From the NCBI GenBank assembly GCA_030390025.1, contig CM059425.1, forward strand, positions 165,604,001 through 165,668,000: DNA of 64,000 nucleotides, written 5' to 3'. Shown here in pieces: positions 45,076 to 57,797 of the stretch. The DNA comes from Squalus acanthias. Lineage: Eukaryota. Positions within the stretch are counted from its first letter, which is position 1, and each line of letters begins with the position of its first letter. The translations under genes and the position numbers were made by a program. Under the pieces are notes generated by a model that saw only the letters and a list, made by a program, of their open reading frames with translations, had not been told where the DNA came from and searched no databases.

Positions 45076-45548
45076 GATAAAAACAGAAAATGCTGGAAAA
45101 ACTCAGCAGGTTAGGCAGCATCTGTGGAGAGAGAAACAGAGTTAACGTACCTGAAACATTAAGGAGGAGAAATTCGGTTGCTTTGCGCCTCCTGTTAGCG
45201 CCCTAAGAGGGCACTAATGGGGCGCAAAGCAAATAGCACCCGGGCGCGGCACGGCAAACGCCTCCCGTGAAATTCAGCGGATATTACTTCGCAGTGCCCC
45301 AAAGGGAGGGAAGCGCCCCGCTTCCCTCTTGGGGCGCTACCGATGAATTTTGGCCGCGGGGGTGCTAATTTCTTCGGGGCGCTAAAAGTAGAACCCCGGC
45401 GAAGTTAGCGCCCCAAAGGGGGTGTGACTCAATTTCTCCCACTAACTCTGTTTCTTTCTGCATAGATGCTGCCTAACCTGCTGAGTACTTCCAGCAATTT
45501 TTGTTTTTATTTCAGATTTCCAGCATCCGCAGTATTTTGCTTTTGTAT
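45076..45548. mobile_element. Penelope pLTR-derived insertion (inverted halves) with a 13-bp TSD
   Basis: TAGCCTGATTGAT at 45063-45075 and 45549-45561. Confidence 0.75.
45163..45442. mobile_element. 280-bp Harbinger-type MITE
   Basis: TAA TSD (45160-45162, 45443-45445); TIRs GGAGGAGAAATT / AATTTCTCCCAC; left part matches the reverse complement of 51795-51885. Confidence 0.8.
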
Positions 45549-45974
45549 TAGCCTGATTGATAAGCTGCCTGCCTGTCGGGCGGGAAACCCTGTGGCACAA
45601 GGCCGCAGCTGAGGAGCAGAGAGCAGGTAGGGAGGGAGCGAGAGATCGTAGGGAAGGGAGAGATCGTGGTCGGGGGAGAGATCGTGGTGGGGGGTGGGGA
45701 TAGATCGTGGGGTGGGAAGCAGGTGAGCTTGTTGGGCTTGGAGGAAACACTCCTGTTCCTCCTGGCCCACAACCAGTGCTGTAAAGACACTTACCTTATG
45801 GATCTGGCCCTTCTCACCTCCTGTTACCTGCCAGGTATCCCAAGGCACTGGAAACCCGGCCAAAATGTGTTGAAACTAAAAAGCCTGTAAAAATGGAGGC
45901 CACAGCCTCCTTAAAAACTTTTACTGACTGACCCGCCTCCTGAGAGCGGATTTTTCATCTGCCCCCCACCTCCC

Positions 45975-47125
45975 CCAACAAACTGGGGGAGGGAGAGAGA
46001 GAGAGGGAGAAACACAAACTGTGGGAGGGAGAGAGAGAAACACAAACTGAGGGAGAGAGAGAGAGAAAAACACAAACTGAGGGAGGGAGAGAGAGAGAGA
46101 AACACAAACTGAGGGAGGGAGAGAGAGAAACACAAACTGAGGGAGAGAGAGAGAAACACAAACTGAGGGAGGGAGAGAGAAACACAAACTGAGGGAGAGA
46201 GAGAGAGAAAAACACAAACTGAGGGAGGGAGAGAGAGAGAGAAACACAAACTGAGGGAGGGAGAGAGAGAGAAACACAAACTGAGGGAGGGAGAGAGAGA
46301 GAGAGAAACACAAACTGAGGGAGAGAGAGAGAGAGAAACACAAACTGAGGGAGGGAGAGAGAAACACAAACTGAGGGAGGGAGAGAAAGAAACACAAACT
46401 GAGGGAGGGAGAGAGAGAGAAACACAAACTGAGGGAGGGAGAGAGAGAGAAACACAAACTGAGGGAGGGAGAGAGAGAGAGAAACACAAACTGAGGGAGG
46501 GAGAGAGAGAGAGAAACACAAACTGAGGGAGGGAGAGAGAAACACAAACTGAGGGAGGGAGAGAGAGAGAGAAACACAAACTGAGGGAGGGAGAGAGAAA
46601 CACAAACTGAGGGAGGGAGAGAGAAACACAAACTGAGGGAGGGAGAGAGAGAGAAACACAAACTGAGGGAGGGAGAGAGAGAGAAACACAAACTGAGGGA
46701 AGGAGAGAAAGAAACACAAACTGAGGGAGGGAGAGAGAGAGAAACACAAACTGAGGGAGGGAGAGAGAGAGAGAAACACAAACTGAGGGAGGGAGAGAGA
46801 GAGAGAAACACAAACTGAGGGAGGGAGAGAGAAACACAAACTGAGGGAGGGAGAGAGAGAGAGAAACACAAACTGAGGGAGGGAGAGAGAGAGAAACACA
46901 AACTGAGGAGGGAGAGAGAGAGAGAAACACAAACTGTGGGAGGGAGAGAGATAAACACAAACTGAGGGAGGGAGAGAGAGAGAGAAACACAAACTGAGGG
47001 AGGGAGAGAGAGAAACACAAACTGAGGGAGGGAGAGAGAGAGAGAAACACAAACTGAGGGAGGGAGAGAGAGAGAGCAACACAAAATGGACAGGGAGAGA
47101 GAGAGAATCACAAACTGGGGGAGGG
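45975..47125. repeat. Compound minisatellite [AAACACAAACTGAGGGAGG(GA)n]
   Basis: Dozens of units with variable GA tract length. Confidence 0.95.
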
Positions 47126-48469
47126 ACTGGGATCCACAAAACTAACTTGGGCCATTGCCGCTGCAGGTCCCCTCCCCTGAGATCGGACTTGCCCCTGGAC
47201 CTACATTATTCTGGCAAGGAGGCTGGCCAGGCCTGGCCACACGATATTGTGGTGGCCCAGACCCGGCACCCTGCCACGGGGGCTTGGTTTCCGCCCTCAG
47301 CCCATTGGCGTGATGCTAATGAGGTCCGGCATTCAAAATGGACTGGCCCACAGCAAATTAGCAAACATTTTTCATTTTTGTACATTGCTGTAGTGAGCTT
47401 TGAAAAATTATGTGAACCTCATGCATTTTAAGTTAGCAAATGCAGCATTTAAAACTCCAATGTATGATTATAAGAACCAAGTTAAGAACTTTTAATGAAG
47501 TACAATCAATGAAGCACAATATTTTTAACTGAAAATATTAATTATCCATTAAAAAGTTGAACAAATTGGTATTAAGGAATATTAATCATGGACCTTTTGG
47601 AAGCACTGACAAATTAAATGAAGAATTCAAGATAATTTGTTTCAAGATTCATTCTCACAATATAATGAATATCTAACTAGCACTATCAATCATCTGAAAA
47701 CAAATTATTTGAATGATTGAAACCTGAAACTAAGGCTGTTCTGTATAATATAATTAAATGTACATCTCCTCTGCTCAGTCTGTTGTTAAATTGATTTCCT
47801 TGTAGTCCATTCTAGATTTCAAAATGTGAAAGACTTCAAAAAAGAGCATTAATAAAATTGTCAAAAATAAAATTAATGCGCAATACCGTAAAAAAACTAA
47901 AATTTACACACTTATTACAGAAAAAAAGAAAATTGAAAGCACAATGCTTCACTATGTATATGTTGACAGCATATTTATGATTTAAATCTGCAGTATCATT
48001 TGAAACAGACCTTTGTTCACCAGCATCTAAATGCCCTACTTCCAATTTGTGTGTGGCACTCACACATAGCATTGAGTCACTGGAGTCTACCAAGGAGCGT
48101 ACAGTGATCTCGATGCAGCCTGGAGTTGGCACGCAGTGGTAACATCTCTCATGGATGCACACACTGAGGCATGTGGGCTCTATCATTGCCTCCAGCTTAA
48201 TAAGCTTTAAAAAAAGCATTGATAGAACCTTCAAAGACATCACAGCAATCTTATAGTCTGCTCTCCCTCAGATCAGTGGGAGTGCTGAGGCGCCACCCCA
48301 TGAGTGGCACTGCCACCATGAGAGGGGTGCATGCCTGCTCCCCAGCCAACCACTCATCCAGTGCTAGTCCTTGTGCCACAAAGCCGGTTGGGCCAGATTG
48401 CCTTGGCAACAGTCGAGGTACCACAGTCTGCAGCAAAACCTTCTCAGGTCTGATCCCTTCAAGGTCCTC

Positions 48470-48938
48470 GGATGAGAGGGCTGTCCTATGAGGAGAGATT
48501 GAGTAGAATGGGTCTATATTCTCTGGAGTTTAGAAGAATGAGAAGTGATCTCAATGAAATGTATAAAATTCTTAGAGGGCTTGACAGGGTAGATGCTGAG
48601 AGGCTGTTTCCCCAGCTGGAGAGTCTAGAACTAGGGGTCATAGTCACAGGATAAGGAGTCGGTCATTTATGACTGAAATGAGGAGAAATTTCTTCACTTA
48701 AAGGGTTGTGAATCTTTGGAATTCTCTACCCCAGAGGGATGTGATGCTCAGTTGATGAGTATATTCAAGACTGAGATCGATAGATTTTTGGGCACTAAGT
48801 GAATCTAGGGGTATGGGGATAGGGCGGGAAAGTGGAGTTGATGTAAAAGTTCAGCCATGATCTTATTGAATGGCGGAGCAGGCTTGATGGGCAGTATGAC
48901 CTACTCCTGCTCCTATTTCTTAAGTTCTTCTGTTCTTA
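48470..48938 (+). mobile_element. CR1 3' fragment
   Basis: [19 protein letters not shown] and CR1 3' UTR. Confidence 0.85.
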
Positions 48939-49289
48939 GGTCACTGGCCATGATTATCTCAAGTTCCCTCATTGGAGACCCAGCAGCTTTCTACAACTCA
49001 AGCTGAAGCCACTCGGAGCGGCTCGTAGGAGTACAACACAAGACAGGTACGAAGGAGGTGCACCAGGGAGAACAATAGTAAATGTCATGTGCAAAGGTTA
49101 CTGTAAACTTTATTCTTTATCAAAATTCTTGTTGTGCAGAGTTTGTTTGGTGAGTATTTGATGACCAGGCTACGTTTTGTCTGAAAGCCACATGCTTGTG
49201 TTTAAGTTCACTGCAGTCCTAAGGATGGCAGGATGACTGGGACTGATGTTGGGAGGGCCTGTTGGTGCAGGGGAATAGAAGTGCACCTA

Positions 49290-49510
49290 GATAAGCTGCT
49301 GTCGAGAGTTCTTGCAGGTGGCAGGGTAGGTGGGCCTTACTCTTCCTCAGTGTCTTTCTGTTGTGCATGCTCCTCTACCTTCACATCTTCCTCTGCAACT
49401 GGCTCGATGAGTCTTTTAATAGCAAAGTTGTGCAGCAGGCAGCAGACTATGATATTCCTGGGGACTCTCTGGGGCTATACTGCAAACACTTCCAGACCTA
49501 TCTATGCAGT
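49290..49510 (-). pseudogene. Harbinger transposase C-terminal remnant
   Basis: Minus strand gives LDRSG...QYSPERV...VCCLLHNFAIKR followed by an acidic tail. Confidence 0.6.
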
Positions 49511-49689
49511 GGAAACATTGGGCCGAATTTTAATATGCAGGAGCGTGTGTGTTTGGGTGTGGGTGGGGGTTAAAACCGGCAAAATTAACAGCGCGTTACA
49601 AAGCCGGCTCCAACCCGCCAACTTCTGCATTTCACTCGAGCGCGTTAGGCTGTGAGCATGCAAAGAGCTCAGATCCTCTTCGGACAATT

Positions 49690-51885
49690 CGGAGGGGGGA
49701 GGAGGAGGAGGAGGAGGAGGAGGAGGAGGGTGATGAGGGCAATGGACCCCCAGCTGTTCACATTGCTGCCAGGGATGTCCTTATTAATGCACAGTTCACT
49801 TAGGTTGCAGTAGTAGATCCATGTCACCAGAAAATGCAACGGCCTCTCTTCCCCCTTCCACCCCCCTCAGTGCGGCCCTATAAGGCCAAGCCTAAGGTAT
49901 CTGTCAGCCTATTTAAGGTGGCACACATGTTGGCATCCAGAATCTGCATGGTGGTGTTCAAGGTGTGCATGGACTCATTTGATTGGAGCATATGATGTTC
50001 CATGGTGCTGGTCACTCTATCCATGGAAGAAGACATCATCTCAGTGGCCTGCAACATCACCTCTCCTATGCTTGAGGTGGACTCCTCCAATCTCTCTGTA
50101 ATCAAGGTGTGTCTACTTTGAAGGCCTGTCAATGCATTGCACATTGTCTGCTGCTGCTCAATGATTCTCCTCTTCATCGATGGTCCCTGGGGTACAGCAT
50201 CTGTGTCCAGCTGAGCAGAGCTTGGAGAGGGCTGCGCCCTCTGACACGGATTCTCCACTGCTGTCCCTGTCTTCACCATCTGCTCTTGCTCACTTGTGAG
50301 ATGTGAGTCACCAGGTGAAAACCCAATTATCTGTCTTACTGGTCGCACCAAAGTGTGAGTATGTGAGCTGGTGCATGATCTGAATGAGTCCTGTGATGGT
50401 GCACCCTCAGAAGGACTCAACTCCTCTGAGGACTTGTCGCCTGCCACATCCACGTACTCCTGCTGCACGTGTGAAGGCCCTGTAGGAGATAAAAGACATG
50501 AATTAGTTGTGGCAAGGTAAAACTATTGCAAGTTATCATTATGAAGATGATCATATTTCATTCGCTGTTGAAATAAAGTCAACATGAATGAGTGCCATAT
50601 GACATGTGGGTGGCTTTTATTTAATTGTGTCACCAGGTAGCTGGGAACTTCCCGACTCCCCATCTCTGACAGCCAGGGACACCATAATTCCACTTATTTC
50701 CAGCACCTCCTCGCCTGCAATTGTGAGCTGCATGACCTGCAGAGGGGTCCCCTCCCGTTCTCTCCCTCTCCCTGGTGTTCTGTGCTCTCTTCTCCTACAA
50801 GAAGGGAAGGAAGAGAACTATGAGTGAGTGTAATAGCATGTGTTCATCCGATGGATGGAGTGCATTTGGTGAGGGAGAGGCATGACATTGCATATGGATA
50901 AGGGTGAGTGGGTGTGGTGGATGGATAGCTGGGGATGTGACGAAGTGCATAGAAAGAGAAGGATGGATGCACCTGCAAGGTAAATGGGTGTGAGGAGTGA
51001 TGTGATGGGAGTAGGCTTGAGAAGACTGAGTGAATTGGTGGGGTGATGCGCACAGCAGGATGTAGGTCAATGTGGCACTGTACTCACCTTTCCTGACCTG
51101 CTTAGGTCATTAAACTGCTTTCTGTATTGAATCCAGGAGCGTGGCACCATGCGCTTGCTGCTGACCTCCTCTGTAACCTCTAACCACGCCTTCTTTGTCT
51201 TAGCAGCAGGCTTCTTCCTCCTGTTGGTAGGGAAGAGTATTTCCCTCCTACTCCTCACAGGCCCCAGCAGCACATCCAGGAAGGCGTCACTGAAACGTGG
51301 TACAGCCTTTGTCCATCTGGACTTGATTCTGAGAGTTCAAGGTTTGAGAGAGCCAACTTCAACTCCTTCAACTTGCATGATTGGATTGTCCCTTTAAATA
51401 CTGAAGTCGAGATCGCGTCACATGGTTCCACATCACACCTGCTGCCGCTGCTCAGTACCCAAAACTCCTTCACACAACGTTGAATCTCTCCAGAAGTCTC
51501 TCCCTCTCTCTCTCAGAATGCGTAGTTCAAAAATGCCACCAACAATAAAAGACAGGAAGAGGCCCCCTTTAAATAGCGCCCCCCCAGCCCCACAGCGATT
51601 GATAGCGTTCCAGTCTTCCGGTCGTTGGAAGCGCCAGGCGGTAAGGCAGGGGGCGCCACTCAATTTCCGCTACGGGGCGCCCCAAGGGCGTTGCACCATG
51701 GAATGACGTCACAATCTGCGCGCGCAGGTGGTCGCAGCGGTAAGTTTTAGCGCCGCCGCACAATCTCAAGTTAAGTTCTCGAGCGGCGCAAACATCGCTG
51801 CGCCCGGGCGTTAGCGGCTTTGCGCCCCATTAGCGCCCTCTTAAGGCGCTAACGGGTGGCGCAACCAAGTGAATTTTTACCCCCA
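49690..51885. mobile_element. Internally deleted Harbinger transposon: transposase tail (+) convergent with a Myb/SANT gene (-)
   Basis: EEEE...AARDVLINAQFT* ending 49803; right terminus shared with the MITE at 45163. Confidence 0.7.
49878..51310 (-). pseudogene. Spliced Myb/SANT-like DNA-binding gene of Harbinger (exons ~51310-51088, 50794-50634, 50479-49878)
   Basis: PRFSDAFLDVLL...RREILFP...AWLEV...RSWIQYRKQFNDL; GT-AG sites at 51087, 50795, 50633 and 50480. Confidence 0.7.
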
Positions 51886-52448
51886 AAGCTTCACGTTGAA
51901 TAGACTGTAAAGTTCACAAAATTAGAATCAAAGCAGTTTTCTCTAATTCCTATGAGCATCAATGTGCGTCATCCCATTTACGGGTACTGGGACATGTATG
52001 AGGCATAAAGATTTGTGTGTTTAAGAATTGCAGTAAATTGAAATGTACATTCAGTGCAATATCTGATTTAGTGTGATGTGGAAAAGGGGTCTAACTTTTA
52101 AATTAGCTATAATGTCGCAAGACTATTTGACACTCACAGACATGTTACTAATCAGCCTTGATACTTTTTCCAATTCCCAGTATTTTCAAAGATCAGATGT
52201 GAAGTCATACGGTGCTCAAAACATTTTGGCCATGAAATTCCTCTTCTTAGTGCCGGCATTTAAGGCCAGTTTCGGCAAAAAAATAGCGGCCGTCTCACTT
52301 CTGGCCACTTCCGGCGTGGGTCAAGGCGGACGCCATTTTGGTATGGTCGGTAGCACAGTTGTTGCCTGCGTGCGGTAGAAGATTGAGGCCGATCGTGGCG
52401 TCAATCAGTGTGTACTCCACTGTACGACCTCTCGTAAGTACACACATG

Positions 52449-54790
52449 GGGTACGGTAGCATAGTGGTTTTGTTACTGGGCTAGTAATCCAGAGGCCTGG
52501 ACTAATGATCCAGAGACGTGAGTTCAAATCCCACCACGGCAGCTGGGGAATTTAAATTCAGTTAATTTAATAAATCTGGAATAAAAAGCTAGTATCAGTA
52601 ATGGTGACCGTGAAACTACTGGATTGTTTTAAAAACCCATCTGGTTCACTCTTGTCCTTTAGGGAAGGAGATTTGCCGTCCTTACCTGGTCTGGCCTATA
52701 TGTGACTCCAGATCCATAGCAATATGTTTGACTCTTAACTGCCCTCTGAAATGGCCTAGCAAGCCACTCAGTTGTACCAAACCACTATGAAAAACAATAA
52801 TAAGAATAAAACCGGACGGACCACCGACCTTGTCCTCACCAATCTACCTGTCGCAGATGCATCTGTCCATGACAGCATTGGTAGCAGTGACTTCCACACA
52901 GTCCTTGTGGAGACAAAGTCCCGTCTTCACACTGAGGACACATCGACCTAGGCACCGGCTTCGGACATGACAATGGCACACCCAAACCCTGCAAAGTCTT
53001 CCTCACTAACATCTGGGGACTTGTGCCCAAATTGGGAGAGCTGTCTCACAGCCTGACATAGTCATAATCACAGAATCATACTCTTCAGCCAATGTCCCAG
53101 ACTACTCCATCACCATCCCTGGGTATGTCCTGTACCACCGGCAGGACAGACCCACCAGGGGTGGCAGCACAGTGGTGTACAGTTGGGAAGGAGTGGCCCT
53201 GGGAGTCCTCAACATTGACTCCACACCCCATGAAATCTCATAGCTTCAGGTCAAGCATGGGCAAGGAAACCTCCTGCTGATTACCACCAACCGCCCTCCC
53301 TCAGCTGATGAATCAGTACTCCTCCATGTTGAACACCACTTGGAAGAGGCACTGAGAGTAGCAAGGGCATAGAATGTACTCTGGATGGGGGACTTCAATG
53401 TCCATCACCAAGAGTGGTTCAGTAGCAGCACTACTGACTGAGCTGGCCAAGTCCTGAAGGACATAGCTGCCAGACTGGGCCTGCGGCAGGTGGTGAGAGA
53501 ACCAACACGATGGAAAAACCTACTTGACCTTGTCCTCACCAATCTACCTGTCGCAGATGCATCTGTTCATGACAGCATTGGTAGCAGTGACTACCACACA
53601 GTCCTTGTGGAGACAAAGTCCCGTCTTCACACTGAGGACACCCTCCATCGTGTTGTGCAACACTACCACCATGCTAAATCGGATAGATTCAGAACTGATC
53701 TAGCAGCTCAAAACTGGGCATCCGTGAGGCACTATGGGCCATCAGCAGCAGCAGAATTGTATTCCACCACAATCTGTAACCTCATGGGCCGGCATATCCC
53801 TCACTTTACCATTACCATCAAGCCAGGGGACCAACCCTGGTTCAATGAGGAGTGCAGAAGAGCATGCCAGGAGCAGCACTAGGCGTACCTAAGAATGAGG
53901 TGCCAACCTGGGGAAGCTGCTGATTGCGCAGTGTTCAGTTCCATTTGCAACTCCTCAGATAATGAAGCAGTCCATGCCCGCATGCAGCAAGACCTGGATG
54001 ACATTCATGCTTGGGCTGATAAGTGGCAAATAACATTCCTGCCACACAGGTGCCAGGCAATGACTATCTCCAACAAGCAAGAATCTAACTACTGCTCCTA
54101 GACATTCAATGGCATTACCATCGCCGAATCCCCCACCATCAACATCCTGGAGGTCACCATTGCCCAGAAACTTAACTGGACCAGCCACATAAATGCTGTG
54201 GCAACAAGCGGGTCAGAGGCTGGGTATTCTGTGTTGAGTGTCTCACCTCCTGACTCCCCAAAGCCTTTCCACCATCTACAAGGCACAAGTCAGGAGTGTG
54301 ATGGAATATTCTCCATTTGCCTGGATGAGTGCATCTCCAACAACAATCAAGAAGCATGATACCATCCAGGACAAAGCAGCCCGCTTGATTGGCACCCCAT
54401 CCACCACCTTAAACATTCACTCCCTCTACCACCGGCGCACCGTGGCTGTAGTGTGTACCATCTACAAGATACACTGCAGCAACTCGCCAAGGCTTCTTCG
54501 GCAGCACCTCCCAAACCTGCGACCTCTACCACCTAGAAGGACAAGGGCAGCAGGCAAGTTCCCCTCCAAGTTACACACCATTCTGACTTGGAAATATATC
54601 GCCATTCCTTCATCGTCGCTGGGTCAAAATCCTGGAACTCCCTCCCTAACAGCACTGTGGGAGTACCTTCACCACATGGACTGCAGTGGTTCAAGAAGGT
54701 GGCTCACCACCACCTTCTCAAGGGCAATTCGGGATGGGCAATATATGCAGGCCTTGCCAGCGACGTCACATCCCAGGAATGAATTTAAAA
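52449..54790 (+). mobile_element. Family A LINE, internally deleted, with tRNA-like head
   Basis: Same head, EN and 3' end as 3255-6558; jumps from the post-EN region to the ADD motif at ~53918. Confidence 0.85.
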
Positions 54791-56157
54791 AACTCGACTA
54801 TTGCAAGTAAAAACGATGTTGATGTACTTCACTTGCTAAAGGCACCATTTCTCTCATCCAAGAGACTGCCTACTACTCCTATGACTTGGCCTGAGATGAA
54901 ATGGTTCAAAAGGTTTTTTTTAAACTCAATATCTGCATTTGGTGAGCATAACTCCCCTAACTCGCAACTGTATATTCAGATTGTTTCTCTCTTACTGATG
55001 ATTTAGATGTTACATTAATGTACATCTATGTTACTAACATCCCAGAAATGTCTATTTGTAGAAGAATAAGTTGCACTCGTGTGATTGCCTTAAAGTCAGT
55101 GCAGGCCAATGAAAATTTGATGCAAAGCTAGGGCTCAATGCCAAATTTTTGAAAATCGAATCCCAATCCTTTGAAAGTAAATCATTTAGCCCTCGGGATG
55201 CAAACACTTAATTTTTTCTCATTTAGGTTTTTCCTGTCTGTTGTTTCTACCTTGGATACAGTTGATCATTTACATCCAGAATGCCAACTGCTATACCATC
55301 GCGTTTATGCAGGTCCATATTTTGCAGGTAATAGTAAATGCTTACAATGTTAGTTACTTCATCCATCCTAATCTAATATACTTAGATATTTCAAATAGAA
55401 GTTGAACACAGCAATTTCATTACTAGTCTCTACCATCTAATTAATGTTTTGCCTTCTCTTTGGCCAACCTTCAACAAAAAGGACGAACATTCTCTAAAGT
55501 GCATTATTCAGTCAGTTGCCATTTACTTAGAAATTTGTTGGTTCTGCAGCACTATCTCAAGGGACGGAGAGTGCCATTCATCCTACTGGAGTAAGATCTG
55601 GATCCTTATACTACCCAGAAATGCGCTGGTTACTATGTGCAACAAAATGGTAAGCACATTATTTTAGAATGGATTTAAGATCTTAACAACAACGTGCGCC
55701 TTTAACGTAAGTAGTGACCATTAATTCATCCATCTGTATATTAATATTCTAATGGTCATGGGGTGAGTGGCTTGCCTAATAATATCTCAGGATCATGTTT
55801 TTCTCAATTGGAGCATCTCTCAAATGTTGTCAATTTGTGTATAAAAGAAATGATGAATTCCTTCATCTTAACATTTGAATCTTTCGAGTTAAGAAAATAT
55901 CAAACTAAAACAAAATCTTGTCTTCATAGAGTTAATGCTAGAAACAGTAATTAAGATACAGCTAAATTTAAGTTTCTGGATTTATAGATCATTTTGCCAG
56001 AAAACACCTAAAAAAATAATTCAGGTTAAATATGATGGGAACCCAGCAATATTCGGCGCTCCCATTGAGTATTGCAGTAACTCAGTGAAAGCCATTCTGT
56101 ATATACAGAGACCTAAATGGCACTCCCTACGGTGCAGAGGTAGCTAGGGTGGATAGT

Positions 56158-56705
56158 GGCCTGAAATTATAGTCACACTGGCCCCAATAATAACAGGTAG
56201 GCAGGAAGGGTGCGGGTGGGGGGGGGTGGGGGGTTAGGTTTACCAGCCGGGAAGCCTGGAACTGCGGGTATCCCGGAGGCGCTGCCGAATTTAACGGTAG
56301 TACCTCTTTTTTTTTTTAATGATCTGTTTCCCGGCCACAGCCAGCCAGATTGAAGACTGGCTGGCTGTCCGGTAGGTAGGCCTGTGGTTCCAGGCCTCAG
56401 CCAGGGATCTGGCATCAGTGATGGGTAAGTGTTCAGAAGGGGGTTGGACAGTCGGGAGCCGGAGAGAAACACTCCTCCTCCTCTTGGCCCATAAGCAGTG
56501 CTGTAAAGGCACTTACCTTTTCCATCCGGCACTTCACATTGCCCTTCAGCTACCGGGTTTCCTGAGGCCCTCCTTAGAGCGGGTTGGTCACTTCCTCCCC
56601 GACCCACCTCCGTTAAAACTGGAAGTGGGCGGGTTGGTGTCGGGTTGCCCAGTTAAAAAAATTTAACCCCAACCACCCGCTCTGAGGGGTTAAAATTGTC
56701 CCCAC
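56158..56705. mobile_element. MITE-like element related to 45560-45960
   Basis: Shared cactcct...ggccca...cagtgctgtaaag.cacttacctt block; ends ttaaaattgtcccc. Confidence 0.55.
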
Positions 56706-57272
56706 TGTTTCCACAGTAGCCACTCCACTGGATGATCCATCCCAATACAGGGAATCCCAAGGTTGGTGTGGTGGGTGCTGACTTTATGTATGCCTTCAGG
56801 AGGGAGCTGGACTGGTTCTTTACTGTGGCAGAGATCGCATCATATAGATAGTGTCTTTATACATAAGATTTGGTCCATGTGATCTCCTGGACTGGTTTTG
56901 AATGCTTGAGGGGGTCGGAGAGGAACATTCCAGTGTATTTTTCCCTTATTGGCCCTGGGTTTTTTAATCAGTAATTTGTTCGGTAGGGAGAGTCTGGGAG
57001 GACAGTCTGTGAAATTTCGAATATCATAAAGAACTCATAACAAGTACATTTTAAATCAGATATTCTATAATTTACACAATATGCTGCATGATCTGTCCAT
57101 ACGTATCAGCATAGTTTTTGTTTTTACTGCCCTGAGTGCTGGTGAGGAAGGAGTAGCATTGATGTGACCTCCTTGTATCTCATTGGTTCTATTACATCTG
57201 ATCGATCTTTACATTGGATTGCATCTCATCAATTACTTTGTAGCTTATCAGACCAGCCACTTATTTTGACAC

Positions 57273-57352
57273 CAGAAAATGCTGGAAATACTCAGCAGGC
57301 CAGGCAGCATCCGTGGAGAGAGAAACAGAGTTAACGTTTCAGGTCTGGGACC
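57273..57352 (-). mobile_element. 80-bp Penelope pLTR-derived insertion with a 13-bp TSD
   Basis: CTTATTTTGACAC at 57260-57272 and 57353-57365. Confidence 0.8.
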
Positions 57353-57797
57353 CTTATTTTGACACTGTGTCTTGTATTTCTTTAATTTAGTGTTGAACAT
57401 TCACATTTTGTATCTCACTTGTTCTATATCGCATTAGGCTCTATTTCCATTCACATTTGAGGACAGAAGAAAACCATTTGGCCCATTGTGTTAGTTCTGG
57501 CTCCACAGATGATTTTGCCAGTTCATAATGTAGCAATTCTCTTATTAGTTATTCAATATGGAGTCAATGGTGGGAGCCTGGTACCGAGGAGTGAAAGTTT
57601 TTAGTAGAGGGGTGAACGGTATATAAATGTGCAATGTCATTCAATTAACAATTCTGACTGCATGTAATATCAGTGGAATCACGAGAAAAATTATCGATGA
57701 GCTTAAGAAACCTAGAAATGATTATGAAAATAAGTAATTTTATAAGCATAGCATCCATTCCTATCCTAAATTGCTTAGCCAGTCAAATATATTTTCC

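Noticed and set aside
45911..47139. Three ~390-aa Ser/Leu-rich ORFs
   Set aside because: They are translations of the GA-rich minisatellite.
52449..52535. tRNA gene
   Set aside because: A and B boxes are present but there is no proper cloverleaf; it is a retroelement head.
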